DNA of 64,000 bases from a virus, in the IMG/VR virus record IMGVR_UViG_3300025141_000026; one strand, written 5' to 3'. Shown piece after piece: positions 1-10,420 of this stretch. A program made the position numbers and the translations under genes. The notes below the pieces were generated by a model that saw only the letters and a list, made by a program, of their open reading frames with translations, searched no databases and was not told the origin of the DNA. Positions within the stretch are counted from its first letter, which is position 1. Each line of letters starts with the position of its first letter.

Positions 1-143
1 AAGAACTTGTGCGGCGTCTCTGATATCTTGACCGCTGGGTTCTTTACTTTTGTCACTACATATGTTGAATCGCCCCCTAGTAACAACTCAAATCTGTACT
101 TTCTTTTAGGCTCTAATCTTGCATCTGACCAAAATGTAGGCAT
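1..143 (-). CDS. Tail tube protein (gp19-like), 5' part; runs off the window edge
   Basis: Not in the ORF track. ATG at 143 with AGGAGG upstream translates as MPTFWSDARLEPKRKYRFELLLGGDSTYVVTKVKNPAVKISETPHKF. The EPKRxxRF start is typical of tube proteins, and it lies directly downstream of the sheath gene. Confidence 0.75.
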   Translation of the reverse strand, partial: MPTFWSDARLEPKRKYRFELLLGGDSTYVVTKVKNPAVKISETPHKF

Positions 144-173
144 TTTGTTGGTCCTCCTATATTTCTTATGTGT

Positions 174-183
174 TATAAATAGT
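174..183 (-). promoter_or_regulatory. Putative late promoter motif ACTATTTATA (tail tube)
   Basis: Copy of the recurrent intergenic WCTAWTTA motif. Confidence 0.6.
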
Positions 184-205
184 GGGGGGCAGCAAAACCC
201 CCCAC
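182..205. terminator. GC-rich hairpin between sheath and tube genes
   Basis: GTGGGGGG-cagcaaaa-CCCCCCAC inverted repeat. The T-tract lies on the + side, so direction is ambiguous. Confidence 0.5.
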
Positions 206-215
206 CTCTTTTTTA

Positions 216-3137
216 TTAATCCTCGAATGAAGCTCCACTATTTGTGATATTGAAATCAATCGCAATATATTCAATTGCTTTAGTTGGCTTCAAGAAGATC
301 TTAGCGTATACGATATTTCTATCGATAAGCTCTGGTGTCGTTGTTGATTCGTCCAATACAACTTTGAAATCATCAAGTCCGAATCTAGCTTTTACAGACG
401 CTAGGAATGGTTTTACTTCTGATAGGAAGTCATTCCATGTTGACTGAACGTTTGGCTGGAAAAGAACTTGACCTGCCATTCTAGAAATTTGCTTCTTGAC
501 GAAATTCATCAATCTTCTCACATTGATTCTATCCAAAGCAGAAGGTGTAACTTGAAGCGTTTTTTGACCGAAGACTACAATTCCCTCATTCGGGAAGTTG
601 GCGATTGGATTGATATTTGCCTCATAAAGATTATCTCTCTCTTTGGAAGTCAGCCTTTGGCTTGTCCCAACCACAGGAAGTCCTGCATCTCCGTTAGAAA
701 GCCCACCTCTGTTGAATCCAGCAGGTGCGAACCAAAGTTCATCTTTTCTTTCTGTAGTAGCGAAGACTCCAATGGCAGCCACCGAAGGTGGAACCCAAAC
801 AAGTGCCCCTTTCTCTGGGTCTCTAATCTGAACCCATGGGTAGTAAGCACATCCGTAACTGCTATTTTCCTGAAGGATTTGGAGATTGTTAATAACGTTT
901 TCAAGACTTCCTCTTCTATCCTTTTCTGTACCAAGAGCTTCAGTATTTGGCTGGTAGCCTCCCTGAAGGTCAATAATTGCCAGTGCATCCGCTCTATCTT
1001 CACAAGTTCTAATAATTCTTGTGGTCAATCCTTGATTCGTAAGTCCCGGCATTGAAATCATGTTTGTATCTACAACTTCAGGATCAGCAACCGATGCGAT
1101 GGCGTGTTGAATTGAGTTGACGATATAGTTGGTTTTTGCCGAATCGGTGTCAGTTATCGCACTATTTCTAAATGGCTCCATCTCTTTTACGTTAAGACCA
1201 TCATTTCCTCCGAAGAGCGGTAGTGTAAACTGATCGAAACCTTTTTTGAGCATGGCACCAAAAGAGGAAGTTCCTCTATAAGATGTCGCGCCGGAGCGTG
1301 AACCGCTTACCCAGAACATTTCTCCCGGTGCTGCGGCAACAGAGCCAGATGTGGCAGATCCGCTAAGGTCATCAAGAGTAAAGATAAATGAGTTTGCTAA
1401 TGGAGATGTTGCACCCGTATCATTGAACTGGTTGTCATACAGATTAGCACAAAGGGCTCTGGAGTAGTCAATGTTAGCGGGCGAATAATCGCTAGATCCA
1501 GAAGACTTAGATGTGGTGTAACCAAAATAAGCCTTCGTTGATGATGGAGCACCTAAAGAAGTTGTTCTCGCAAGGTGACCGGGATAAATAATAGAAGCAG
1601 AAAGCCCTATGGCGGTGTTTACCCAGTCAATGTCGCCTGTCCCCGCAATCTCTTTTACTGGCGTGTCGGTGGGGTTGTCAATCTCAAGGAGGGATGAGGT
1701 CCACTTTGCTACTGCTTCGCCTTCGGCTGCTGTTCCATCCACATCTGAGACAAGTATAAACTGCTCATACTTAGCTGGTCCTCTAAAACCGGCTGGAAGT
1801 AATCTTTCATCTGAAAGACCGGTGTCAACGTTTTCATTTACGACTACACGAATGATAGAAGATAGGTTATTGAACTTTCCATACTCTCTGTATCTTGCTT
1901 CAGCAGCATCCCATTCAATATATTTATCACCAATTTTTCTCGCAACGTAATTTTCAGATTGTGGATCTAAATTACACTGTGTGTACCTTTCAACAAAGCG
2001 AACTGCACTGTCGGAATCTTTAGCGTTTCTAACGACAACTGTAAAAGACCCATATGGGGCGTCGTCTGTGGTAGATTCACGAATATCTTCAATTGAAATT
2101 TTGAACCTCTTCCCTTCATCGAAACCAGCATTGATAGTCTCAAAGTAGAACAGGTTTGGTGTTCTAGATGTTGATACTGCAAACGATCCAGTATCATTGC
2201 TTAAATCTTGTGAGAACACATATGGTGTTCTTGCAGCCCTCATAGGCTTCTGGTGGTCAGATCTCTTGCTACTTCCGGCTTCCAAAGGAAGAATAATTCC
2301 GTAAAGCCCGCCAGCAGCAGTGGTAGATTTATCATGGAGGTCGTGACCGGCTCTGCTGTCTGTGAGCCAATTTTCATAAGTTTGTCCAAGCCAATATCTT
2401 TCAGTAAGACCAGAGGCACCCACATGAGAGTTTGTCAAGGTTGGGTTTGTGTTGAAAACTTTTCTAACAAACTTATCACTTGCTTCATTGAAATTGAATT
2501 CAGTTGTGTATTGAACCACGCCGGTGGAGGTCTTTACGTCTACTTTGAAACCAAAATCAGTTCCGACACTCTTAACAACTCCTCCCATGGAAGATGTTAC
2601 AGCAGCAGCGGCACCGGGGGCTGAATCTTCACCACTAAGTGCAGGGTGACCATTCTCAAAATACCACACAGCACTCAAAGTTCCTGTTCCGTGCTGTGCA
2701 GCAGAACTTGATGGCCATATAAAGAGACCATAGGCACCACCGTTAGATGTAGCGCCAGCTACATATGTGGCGGCGGCGGTTTTCCAGCCAGCCTTGCCTG
2801 CGGCATCAGCGTCAGGAGCTTCAGTTCCAAGGAGACGAACAACATTCACCGGTGTGCTATTTCTCAAATATGCTTGAGCAGCATAAGCTGCATATGTTGG
2901 AGCGGTATAGTTACCATTTCTCCATACGTCGGAACCATCTCCACCGGGCATTCCCTCGCCAAAAATGTTGATAAACTCTGAATACGACTTGACTTTTACG
3001 GGACGCAAAGCCGGTCCTCTTTCTAATCTACCAATAACAGTTGGTCCGATGGCATCGCTAACTTTATTTAGCGCAGAGTTATCAATCTCGTTGATAAAGA
3101 CTCCGGGGGATACAAACTTGAATTGCTTAACTGACAT
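216..3137 (-). CDS. Contractile tail sheath protein (gp18-like)
   Basis: N-terminal FVSPGVFINEID; C-terminal YYPWV, WFAPAGFNRG, GQKTLQ..SALDRINVRRL and IEYIAIDFNI motifs. Confidence 0.95.
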   Translation of the reverse strand: MSVKQFKFVSPGVFINEIDNSALNKVSDAIGPTVIGRLERGPALRPVKVKSYSEFINIFGEGMPGGDGSDVWRNGNYTAPTYAAYAAQAYLRNSTPVNVVRLLGTEAPDADAAGKAGWKTAAATYVAGATSNGGAYGLFIWPSSSAAQHGTGTLSAVWYFENGHPALSGEDSAPGAAAAVTSSMGGVVKSVGTDFGFKVDVKTSTGVVQYTTEFNFNEASDKFVRKVFNTNPTLTNSHVGASGLTERYWLGQTYENWLTDSRAGHDLHDKSTTAAGGLYGIILPLEAGSSKRSDHQKPMRAARTPYVFSQDLSNDTGSFAVSTSRTPNLFYFETINAGFDEGKRFKISIEDIRESTTDDAPYGSFTVVVRNAKDSDSAVRFVERYTQCNLDPQSENYVARKIGDKYIEWDAAEARYREYGKFNNLSSIIRVVVNENVDTGLSDERLLPAGFRGPAKYEQFILVSDVDGTAAEGEAVAKWTSSLLEIDNPTDTPVKEIAGTGDIDWVNTAIGLSASIIYPGHLARTTSLGAPSSTKAYFGYTTSKSSGSSDYSPANIDYSRALCANLYDNQFNDTGATSPLANSFIFTLDDLSGSATSGSVAAAPGEMFWVSGSRSGATSYRGTSSFGAMLKKGFDQFTLPLFGGNDGLNVKEMEPFRNSAITDTDSAKTNYIVNSIQHAIASVADPEVVDTNMISMPGLTNQGLTTRIIRTCEDRADALAIIDLQGGYQPNTEALGTEKDRRGSLENVINNLQILQENSSYGCAYYPWVQIRDPEKGALVWVPPSVAAIGVFATTERKDELWFAPAGFNRGGLSNGDAGLPVVGTSQRLTSKERDNLYEANINPIANFPNEGIVVFGQKTLQVTPSALDRINVRRLMNFVKKQISRMAGQVLFQPNVQSTWNDFLSEVKPFLASVKARFGLDDFKVVLDESTTTPELIDRNIVYAKIFLKPTKAIEYIAIDFNITNSGASFED

Positions 3138-3188
3138 GTTGTTGTTCTCCTTATTATGATAAGTGTATTAGTTTACAATAATTTCTCT

Positions 3189-3198
3189 TATAATTAGT
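3189..3198 (-). promoter_or_regulatory. Putative late promoter motif ACTAATTATA (sheath)
   Basis: Copy of the recurrent motif. Confidence 0.6.
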
Positions 3199-3241
3199 GT
3201 GCTAAACTACGAAAACTCCAGTATCGTTTATTTTTATTTTT

Positions 3242-4159
3242 CTAACTGTATGGATCTTCTTCTGGTAGGTTCGGATTCCAGCCATCGGGGTATTTCCCAA
3301 CACCGGGATTGGTGGTCTTGTCGGAGGTGTGCCCCTCAACTGCGGTGAGATCTGCTTGTGATATGTTTTGCGGTATGTCGCCAAATATTGCCTCTTCTTT
3401 TGTAATTGCAACATCAACAATGCTCTCTCTGAAAGATATCCTTGGTCCTTCTTGATTTTCCTCTGATCCCAGTATATAACCAAGCACGTTTATGTTAAAT
3501 TGTGTCTCTATAGTGCGCTCATCTGCGCCCATTGAGGACAGATTGTTTTGCGGTGCGAAGTCTTCTGCTAAAAAAGCCTCATAACTGTGACCGTCCTTAT
3601 TTATGTTAAAATAGTTTATCCCTCCTCCCTTATTCAAGAAGGGCAAAAGGGCTTGATTCATTTGTTGAATGTACTGTGTGCGGATTGTCACCTGATATGT
3701 TATATACAAATAAACCGGCATTGGTATATAGGCATACTGGAATACTGTTTTAGTGGGGGGAGAGGGGGAATTTATTTGCCCCACGCTTTTTTTCAGTCTA
3801 GCACCTTCAAAATTTGAAGTTTTATCTTGATTGATCCTCTCTGCAACAGCGATTGAGTTGCCCATGACTCTACCGGGGACATTGCCATATATGCTCCCTT
3901 TCTTTGTGAGGCTTTTTTGCATAGCTGTTCTTTCTATGGTCAAAACAGGCAGAACAATGGTGCCGTCTGCATCTCTATACTCTTTATTTTTTTTGGCTTG
4001 AAAAGCTCTCTCGGCAGAAACCCACAAAACGGGCAGTTGTTCAAAGCCCTTGTTCCCAACAACGTGAGTGTTCATATCTTTAATATGATCTAGCATGGCA
4101 GCATCGATTGTTTCGATGGTTGACATTTTGATTGGTATGTCTTCTCTAAATTTGCTCAT
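3242..4159 (-). CDS. Tail terminator/sheath stabilizer (gp15-like)
   Basis: Lies between neck and sheath genes; carries LPVLTIER and MPVYLYITYQVTI..QMNQ motifs. Confidence 0.65.
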   Translation of the reverse strand: MSKFREDIPIKMSTIETIDAAMLDHIKDMNTHVVGNKGFEQLPVLWVSAERAFQAKKNKEYRDADGTIVLPVLTIERTAMQKSLTKKGSIYGNVPGRVMGNSIAVAERINQDKTSNFEGARLKKSVGQINSPSPPTKTVFQYAYIPMPVYLYITYQVTIRTQYIQQMNQALLPFLNKGGGINYFNINKDGHSYEAFLAEDFAPQNNLSSMGADERTIETQFNINVLGYILGSEENQEGPRISFRESIVDVAITKEEAIFGDIPQNISQADLTAVEGHTSDKTTNPGVGKYPDGWNPNLPEEDPYS

Positions 4160-4165
4160 ATATTA

Positions 4166-4684
4166 TTATGGGTATGAATTGGCGTTACCCACTATTCCTC
4201 CTGCTTCAAAAATACTTTTTCTTGCTTTTATACATTCCGCAGATATTTCTACTCTATGGTCGTTTTGACCAAATAGCTCTCTAGGCTCGTTTAGTATTAC
4301 AATTTCATAATAACTTTGCCCATATAAAATGAAGTCGCCCTCTCTAACAAACAAGTCTTGATCCTCGGTTAGCCTTCTTTTGTGAAAATGTATGTTTATA
4401 CGTGGTCTTCTGTTTATTCCAAGGTGAGTATTTTCTGTTTCGTAACCTTGCCATTCAACAAGTGCATAAACCCTCACAGGAGGCAAAAAAGTTTTGTTTA
4501 TAGCCTCCCCATATACTTCATGGTAGTCTGTATGCTCTAAGCTTATAGGGTAGTATAGTATTTGTTGTCCAATGACTCTTTCAATGAGTTCATCATTGAC
4601 TTGCTTAACAAGATCGCGCTCCTTTTTGCCTGTAAACAAAGGAGGTGGCGGCTGGTTCGGTTGTGACCACTTATTGTCTGACAT
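4166..4684 (-). CDS. Neck/head completion protein (gp14-like)
   Basis: GQQILYYP..VYGE and EGDFI..YYEI motifs; gene order. Confidence 0.7.
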   Translation of the reverse strand: MSDNKWSQPNQPPPPLFTGKKERDLVKQVNDELIERVIGQQILYYPISLEHTDYHEVYGEAINKTFLPPVRVYALVEWQGYETENTHLGINRRPRINIHFHKRRLTEDQDLFVREGDFILYGQSYYEIVILNEPRELFGQNDHRVEISAECIKARKSIFEAGGIVGNANSYP

Positions 4685-4688
4685 TCAT

Positions 4689-5963
4689 TTACCCCACAAA
4701 CACAGCAGCAGGTATTTGCTGCATAATTTTGTTTGAATTTTCAACAACCCCTGCACTATCTTCTGAAAGTTGTTGGTAAGTGAGTTGATTCAATACCTCT
4801 TTCAACTCCTCTCTTAATTTTTCCTGCTCTTCTTTACTTTGCGATATCAAATCAGACCCATTTAGCTGTATATCATTCCCCGGAATCGGTATTGAAGCAA
4901 ATTTTGATCTAACAAGACCTAGCATTTCTTTAGCTAATGCGAGGGCGAATCTTCTAATCCACTGCTTGCCAATACTGTTGATATTTGCATACGGTATATT
5001 TTGAAATGGAAGTGTGTTCATATTATTCACTCCGTCAATACCGGTATTGATATTTGGGTCATCCTCAGTATAAGGGTCAGAATCCACTGTAAACTCAACC
5101 CAGAAGGTGGTTGGAGAATAGTGATCTCTAGGAATAGGGAAGATCCTCAATTTATTATTTTTCAATTCATATGACCAATGTGACAGCCTTGTATATAACG
5201 CATCTTCATAAGCCATCGCCTGAGCCTTGTTTTGCCAAGTTGGGACTATCTGAAATGTTGAATCATCTGCATACTGTCCATATGTTGACAGGTTACCTAC
5301 GACATTCAAGCCCCCGTAGTAGCCATAAAATCTCCACATAGATGCAGGAGTTTTATAGAAAACTTTTCTAATTGTTACTTTTTTATTCGTAACTTTTCCA
5401 TAATAGGGCACACTAGCAGAAAGAGCAGAAGACCCTGAAATGATTTGTTGTAAATCATAGTCTTGCATACCACCTGTCATACTGAACGAGGCAGAATATA
5501 TTGGCGTAGTGCCCCCAATCCCAGCCTCGGTTGATATTCCGTTGGCTACAGTTTTAGCATATGCAAAATTGAATTTTGGGTACTTTAGCTCAATATTAGA
5601 TCCAGATAGACTTGTACCAGTTTCAAACTGACCGTCTTGGTCAAAAGTGCCTGTTGTTGCCCCCATCAAATCGGATAAGACATTCTTAGCTTGATGAGAA
5701 TTTACAATATATGAATACTCTAAAACAGCCTCTTCGTAAGCAGAATATATTTGGTGTTCTGTAATTTCTAAATCTAATACATCTCCCCCTAATTTTTTAT
5801 AGGTGTATGCAACTTGATCAACGGCTCCCGAAACAAAAGCAGTAGAAGTATACACTCCAAATGGTAACGGATTTGTTTCTGAGTTAACATTAGAGTGTGT
5901 GCCAGTGATTGGCAAAACAATAGCACTTGTTGTGCTAGCGGGTGTTAGTGTTGGGGCAGACAT
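4689..5963 (-). CDS. Neck protein (gp13-like)
   Basis: KLGGDVLDLE and WIRRFALALAKEMLGLVRSKF..IP..LNG motifs; follows the capsid gene. Confidence 0.8.
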   Translation of the reverse strand: MSAPTLTPASTTSAIVLPITGTHSNVNSETNPLPFGVYTSTAFVSGAVDQVAYTYKKLGGDVLDLEITEHQIYSAYEEAVLEYSYIVNSHQAKNVLSDLMGATTGTFDQDGQFETGTSLSGSNIELKYPKFNFAYAKTVANGISTEAGIGGTTPIYSASFSMTGGMQDYDLQQIISGSSALSASVPYYGKVTNKKVTIRKVFYKTPASMWRFYGYYGGLNVVGNLSTYGQYADDSTFQIVPTWQNKAQAMAYEDALYTRLSHWSYELKNNKLRIFPIPRDHYSPTTFWVEFTVDSDPYTEDDPNINTGIDGVNNMNTLPFQNIPYANINSIGKQWIRRFALALAKEMLGLVRSKFASIPIPGNDIQLNGSDLISQSKEEQEKLREELKEVLNQLTYQQLSEDSAGVVENSNKIMQQIPAAVFVG

Positions 5964-5980
5964 GCATAGATTCCTCCATT

Positions 5981-5990
5981 TATAAATAGC
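5981..5990 (-). promoter_or_regulatory. Putative late promoter motif GCTATTTATA (neck)
   Basis: Copy of the recurrent motif, just downstream of the capsid terminator. Confidence 0.6.
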
Positions 5991-6012
5991 TTGACGTTGT
6001 AGTAATAGAAAT

Positions 6013-6050
6013 AAAAAAACCCCGCTTCCAACCGAAATCAGAAGCAGGGT
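6013..6050 (-). terminator. Rho-independent terminator after major capsid gene
   Basis: Minus strand reads ACCCTGCTTC-TGATTTCGGTTG-GAAGCGGGG followed by T7. Confidence 0.8.
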
Positions 6051-6081
6051 CTTGTTTTTGTTACAGTTTGGTTAGTCGTTA

Positions 6082-7932
6082 TTAATCAACAAGATTGTGA
6101 CAAATAACCAATCCGTACATATCAGGACGTACCATCTTCTTAGCATAGCGTGTCATGACACCCTTACGCGGCACGAAGTCTTCCGTACCAAAGATGGTAG
6201 GAGTGACTTGGAGCGGCACGTATGGAGCGTACACATATCCACTTTCTAAGAAGCTTCCACCCTTGCGTCCAACAAGGATGACGTTTCTGATAAAGTAAGG
6301 ATCGACATAAATGTCAAACTTCTTACTAATCTGACCAACTTTTACAGCACCTGCGGAACCCTTTGGAGTGTCAGCAGCAACGCTTGCGCGGAAGCCACTA
6401 GTGAACTCAAGAATGTTCGCAACTTCTGGGGAACAAACTAAGAAGTTTGCGCCACCACGGAGTGTCTTTCTATGGATTTGAGCAGAAACATCATTGACTG
6501 TTTCGATCAAAGTTTCATACCATTCAGACACAGTACCTGTGAAGTCAGGTGGAGTAGTAGTGTTATCAATCTTGACACCAGATTCTCTGTTCAAGAATTG
6601 ACCCGGACGACGTGACCAGTGAAGAGTTGCAGCGGATGCACCCTTTACAAGATCATTGAGCAACTCACGGTCGATTTCAAGAGCAATTTGCTCAGAAAGG
6701 ATGCTTGTAAGCTCAACTTCTGCATCAAGGTTGTGGTAAGCTTGGAGATCTTGTCCAAGTTCTGGAGTCCACTTAGCCTTGAGCTTTTTAGTCACGGCAG
6801 TCACACTAACGGAATCAACTTTGATGTCGATCTCTGGAATAAGGTCAACTTGATTTCCGTTGAATTCACCAGCGGCAGCGGCTGCACCTTCAAGACCCCA
6901 CGGGGAAGTACCTGCAAGTGCTCCAAGTGCATCAGTACCAGCAACCTCAAATGCATCTGCGCGAGCAAAGGCAACTTGTGCGGTGGTACCGACATTGTTA
7001 AGTGCAGCAGACAGGTTAGTTGTCATTGCAGAAGTACCAGCGGAAGCCGTTCCTTCAAAAACAAGAATAATTGAAGTATCCGTTGTGTTTCCAAGGTCAA
7101 GAGCATTTACAGACTTACCAGCGCTAGCAGCACTACGACCCTTGAGTGTGGTCAAGCGGCGGACTTGGCGTCCCTGCTCCATGTCGCCACTACCGGTGTA
7201 TACAACAGTGATAAGATCGTTGCGATTGAATGCACCTTTAAGGTTTGCACAGGTTGCACTAAGGACAACAACAGACTTTCCTTGAAGATCTGGATCGTAA
7301 TTTACGAGATCGCTCAAGTAAGTAGTTGCGCCACCAAGTGAAGCCGGTGTCAAAGCGTTTTCAGCATCGTCATCAACACCAGACCCAACAACACCTTGGG
7401 CAATTTCGGCTACAGAAGCCAATGCCACGGTTCCCGTTGGGGATGAGTAACCATTGTTAAGCGCATAAAAGCTGCGTTCCGCAGCGGCTGCTGCTTTGTT
7501 TCCAGCACCGCCAAGGTTTACGCCGCCTGTAAGCTGTGCTCCGACAACTCCACCACCGTAAAGTGATTCATTCCGCCCTTGATCCAAGCGAGCATTGCTC
7601 AATGTGAAATCAAGGAAGAAAATGAGTCCCGATGGGAGACTCATTGGTTGAACTGAAATAAGTTCGTTAGCAACCAAGCTACCGAATACACGGCGAACGA
7701 TTGGAAATGCTACAGCAGCGAAGCCTTGAACGTCTCCGTGTGCCATGGATGAACTCTCACGAAGAAGTTCCTTCGCTTGGTTCTCTAAGAGGCGTGACAT
7801 AGACGCCTTTGTGCTATCGTTATCTAAACCTTCAAGAAGCCCGGTCTTTTCCCACTTATCAAGCAGGGCAGTACCTTCTTTCTGGAGGTCACGATTAACA
7901 ATACCTTCTGTTAATTTATCTAAAACTGACAT
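6082..7932 (-). CDS. Major capsid protein (gp23-like) with central insertion
   Basis: FPIVRRVF, VQPMSLPSGLIFFLDF, KLKAKWTPELGQDLQAYHNLDAEVELT, YAPYVPL, PRKGVMTRYA motifs. Confidence 0.97.
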   Translation of the reverse strand: MSVLDKLTEGIVNRDLQKEGTALLDKWEKTGLLEGLDNDSTKASMSRLLENQAKELLRESSSMAHGDVQGFAAVAFPIVRRVFGSLVANELISVQPMSLPSGLIFFLDFTLSNARLDQGRNESLYGGGVVGAQLTGGVNLGGAGNKAAAAAERSFYALNNGYSSPTGTVALASVAEIAQGVVGSGVDDDAENALTPASLGGATTYLSDLVNYDPDLQGKSVVVLSATCANLKGAFNRNDLITVVYTGSGDMEQGRQVRRLTTLKGRSAASAGKSVNALDLGNTTDTSIILVFEGTASAGTSAMTTNLSAALNNVGTTAQVAFARADAFEVAGTDALGALAGTSPWGLEGAAAAAGEFNGNQVDLIPEIDIKVDSVSVTAVTKKLKAKWTPELGQDLQAYHNLDAEVELTSILSEQIALEIDRELLNDLVKGASAATLHWSRRPGQFLNRESGVKIDNTTTPPDFTGTVSEWYETLIETVNDVSAQIHRKTLRGGANFLVCSPEVANILEFTSGFRASVAADTPKGSAGAVKVGQISKKFDIYVDPYFIRNVILVGRKGGSFLESGYVYAPYVPLQVTPTIFGTEDFVPRKGVMTRYAKKMVRPDMYGLVICHNLVD

Positions 7933-7948
7933 AGTTTTTTCTCCTTTT

Positions 7949-8968
7949 TTAGTTAATACCAGCTAAAATTTTCATCCTATCCGAATGTGGATTGGAATCC
8001 TTTTCTATCCTTCTAGGTAATGTTGTTGACCTTCTCTCAACTGCCTCGCTAAGTGATTTTGGCGCAACCTTTTTATTTGGTTGTGCTCCCACCGTGCTTT
8101 GAAGTGCCTCGAAAATTGTCTTTGTCTCTTCCACAGAACCAGACTTCATGATTGCCTCGACAATTTTATTCTTTTGTCGCTCATTCAACGAGTCGTCAAC
8201 CAAGACTTGGTTTGTGTAGAGTAGTTTTGCATTCTGAAGATTTACCTCCGTCAAGGTGTTCTTCATTTGCAAAAGCATTTCTTTGTATTTATCGGCTTTC
8301 TCTTCGAGTCGATAAATTTCTTTCTCAGCGCCCTCTAATACCTTTAGAGCTTCGCTGAGATCTTCATCTTCTTTTTCCTCTTCTTCTAGTTCTTTAACGT
8401 CAAGAGGTTCTTCAACTTTAGTTTGAAGAATATCAATTTCATGCTCAACGCTTGAATCTGGTCTTTGTAGCCAGCCAGCCTTTGTAGGCTCCATATCAAG
8501 TGTGAGTTCTTCTAAGATGTCTACAAGTTCTTCTTCAGTGATTTGAATGTCTTCTTCGAGTTCCTCTTCATCAAGACTCTCTGCTAGTGGAGAGTCTAGT
8601 GCGGGAATTCCCCCCCCCGCCTCACTATCTGTCGCCTGCATTTGTTGTGCCAATTGATCGAAGTCAATTTCAACTTCTTCTTCGTCGTCTGGGCATGGGC
8701 ACAGTTTATCACCTTCTGTGGAAGCAAGTGGCATCTGTTGTGCCAGATCCTCGCTGGACTCCAAGCCTCCGTCCAGACCAAGATCACCTTCATCATCGAG
8801 TAGCTCTTCATCTTCAAGGGGGTCCTCTTCGTCTTGTTCCAAAAGTGCTTCAACAGCGTTTTTAATTTCTGATTGGTACTTTTCAATAACGGATTGTTCC
8901 GCATTTTGTAGCGCAGCTTCTTTGAGTGCTTCTGCATCAACAATTGCTTGTTCTAACATATTAGACAT
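7949..8968 (-). CDS. Prohead core/scaffold protein (gp22-like)
   Basis: Acidic coiled-coil protein immediately upstream of the capsid gene; C-terminal RMKILAGI; many L/I-x-E sites. Confidence 0.8.
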   Translation of the reverse strand: MSNMLEQAIVDAEALKEAALQNAEQSVIEKYQSEIKNAVEALLEQDEEDPLEDEELLDDEGDLGLDGGLESSEDLAQQMPLASTEGDKLCPCPDDEEEVEIDFDQLAQQMQATDSEAGGGIPALDSPLAESLDEEELEEDIQITEEELVDILEELTLDMEPTKAGWLQRPDSSVEHEIDILQTKVEEPLDVKELEEEEKEDEDLSEALKVLEGAEKEIYRLEEKADKYKEMLLQMKNTLTEVNLQNAKLLYTNQVLVDDSLNERQKNKIVEAIMKSGSVEETKTIFEALQSTVGAQPNKKVAPKSLSEAVERRSTTLPRRIEKDSNPHSDRMKILAGIN

Positions 8969-9013
8969 TTTTTTGCTCCTGTACTTAAGTGCTTGTAGAT
9001 ATATTACATCGTT

Positions 9014-9023
9014 TATAATTAGT
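9014..9023 (-). promoter_or_regulatory. Putative late promoter motif ACTAATTATA (scaffold/capsid)
   Basis: Copy of the recurrent motif. Confidence 0.6.
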
Positions 9024-9046
9024 GGATAAAAAGCGAAAAAGCCTTT

Positions 9047-10000
9047 TTAGTTTATATCGGCGTATCCGTATATTTGTTGGATGGCTTTTAAGATCATCTG
9101 CCTCTCTTTTAGTGAATAATGCCTGTTGGAGAACATGATGAATCCAATGTCGCCCTGAAGGAATCCATTATGGATATTTTTGAACACCCTCATCTGGTCG
9201 GCATCGAAGCCTTTTGCAGCCATTGTGTTTGACGCACTGGTGGTCACTTTGTTCTCGTTGAACCCATTTCTCGTTGTTGGATTAATTCCGCTAACGGCTT
9301 CTTTATCATAGGCTAACATCGTAAAGGTGTCTGCGGCTCCGGTCTGACCGGCATTTATCTGCCACTCGTAATATGATAACATAAACTGCCCTGCTGCTGT
9401 AGGTAATTCAGGGGGTGTAGAGCCAGCAGTTCCAGTCACATTATAATAATTATCAGTATTGAAGTTATCAGGGTCAACTCTTCCGAAGACCTCGACTCTG
9501 ATTTGATCCGGAGTCGCTTGATTGTAGGCTGCAAGACCAAATCTTGACTTTGGAGCAACCCCACCTGAATCTGCTCCGAATGGACCTTGATCTGTATCGT
9601 TTGCTGTTGCCTTGAATAACAAATATACACTGGGTGTGCTTGTCCAATCTATGTTTGCCTCTGCATCGCTAGCGTCGGCGGTTCTAAAAACATCATCGGA
9701 GCCGTCGCCTCGCAAAGTAGGGCGACCATTTAGACCGCTGTGGATATAGTGTGGTTTTGCATCGGCAGTTGCTTGATAAAGTTTTGTTTGGTCTGGTCCT
9801 TTATCAAACCACGATGTGACATCAGCGTCGTTTGCAATGCCGGATAGTTCTGGTTGTGTGGCATCATACCAGCCCTTAATATCGCTGGCACCGAAATGTC
9901 GGATGATTCTATCTGGACCTACGTCAGCAACTCGGCGTTTTCCAGCCTGAGTGGAAGAGATAGATTTTGCTCTTTTAGATCCAAGACCATTCCTGTTCAT
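9047..10000 (-). CDS. LamG/concanavalin-like virion (decoration) protein
   Basis: WYDA...DVTSWFDK...P.Y...GLNGRP.L and GDIGFI..NR motifs typical of phage LamG-like domains. Confidence 0.5.
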   Translation of the reverse strand: MNRNGLGSKRAKSISSTQAGKRRVADVGPDRIIRHFGASDIKGWYDATQPELSGIANDADVTSWFDKGPDQTKLYQATADAKPHYIHSGLNGRPTLRGDGSDDVFRTADASDAEANIDWTSTPSVYLLFKATANDTDQGPFGADSGGVAPKSRFGLAAYNQATPDQIRVEVFGRVDPDNFNTDNYYNVTGTAGSTPPELPTAAGQFMLSYYEWQINAGQTGAADTFTMLAYDKEAVSGINPTTRNGFNENKVTTSASNTMAAKGFDADQMRVFKNIHNGFLQGDIGFIMFSNRHYSLKERQMILKAIQQIYGYADIN

Positions 10001-10003
10001 TCA

Positions 10004-10420
10004 CTAGCCCACCCCGACAGAGCCAGACCAATTAGCTCTCAGTTCTCTTGGTTGGATGCCTGTAAGACCAGCCACAATAGAGGCTGATGTTTCTGATGCG
10101 GTGTCGCTCAAGAGATAAAGATTTGTAACCCTAAACTCCCCAGTATAAGAGTCTCCGTTGTCCAGTGTAAAGTAGTAATTACCACTCCCCGCTGCTGCTC
10201 CTATGACCCCCAAGGAGCTAAAACCAAATCTTAGCGGAACGTTTGCACCCGTGTTAGTGTTTGAAATTGTTACGAATTTAGTAACAAAAGGAAAAGCTAC
10301 TTCTGTGGGGGTACTCCCGGCAGCCGCCACGTTAAAAGAGGCTGTTGCATATGGTATACCAGAAATCTGATATGACCCAACATTTCCCAAGCCTTTTGAA
10401 TATTGATAATAATTGCCCAT
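10004..10420 (-). CDS. Hypothetical protein, probably virion structural (beta-rich)
   Basis: 138-aa Gly/Ser/Thr-rich ORF within the head module. Confidence 0.5.
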   Translation of the reverse strand: MGNYYQYSKGLGNVGSYQISGIPYATASFNVAAAGSTPTEVAFPFVTKFVTISNTNTGANVPLRFGFSSLGVIGAAAGSGNYYFTLDNGDSYTGEFRVTNLYLLSDTASETSASIVAGLTGIQPRELRANWSGSVGVG

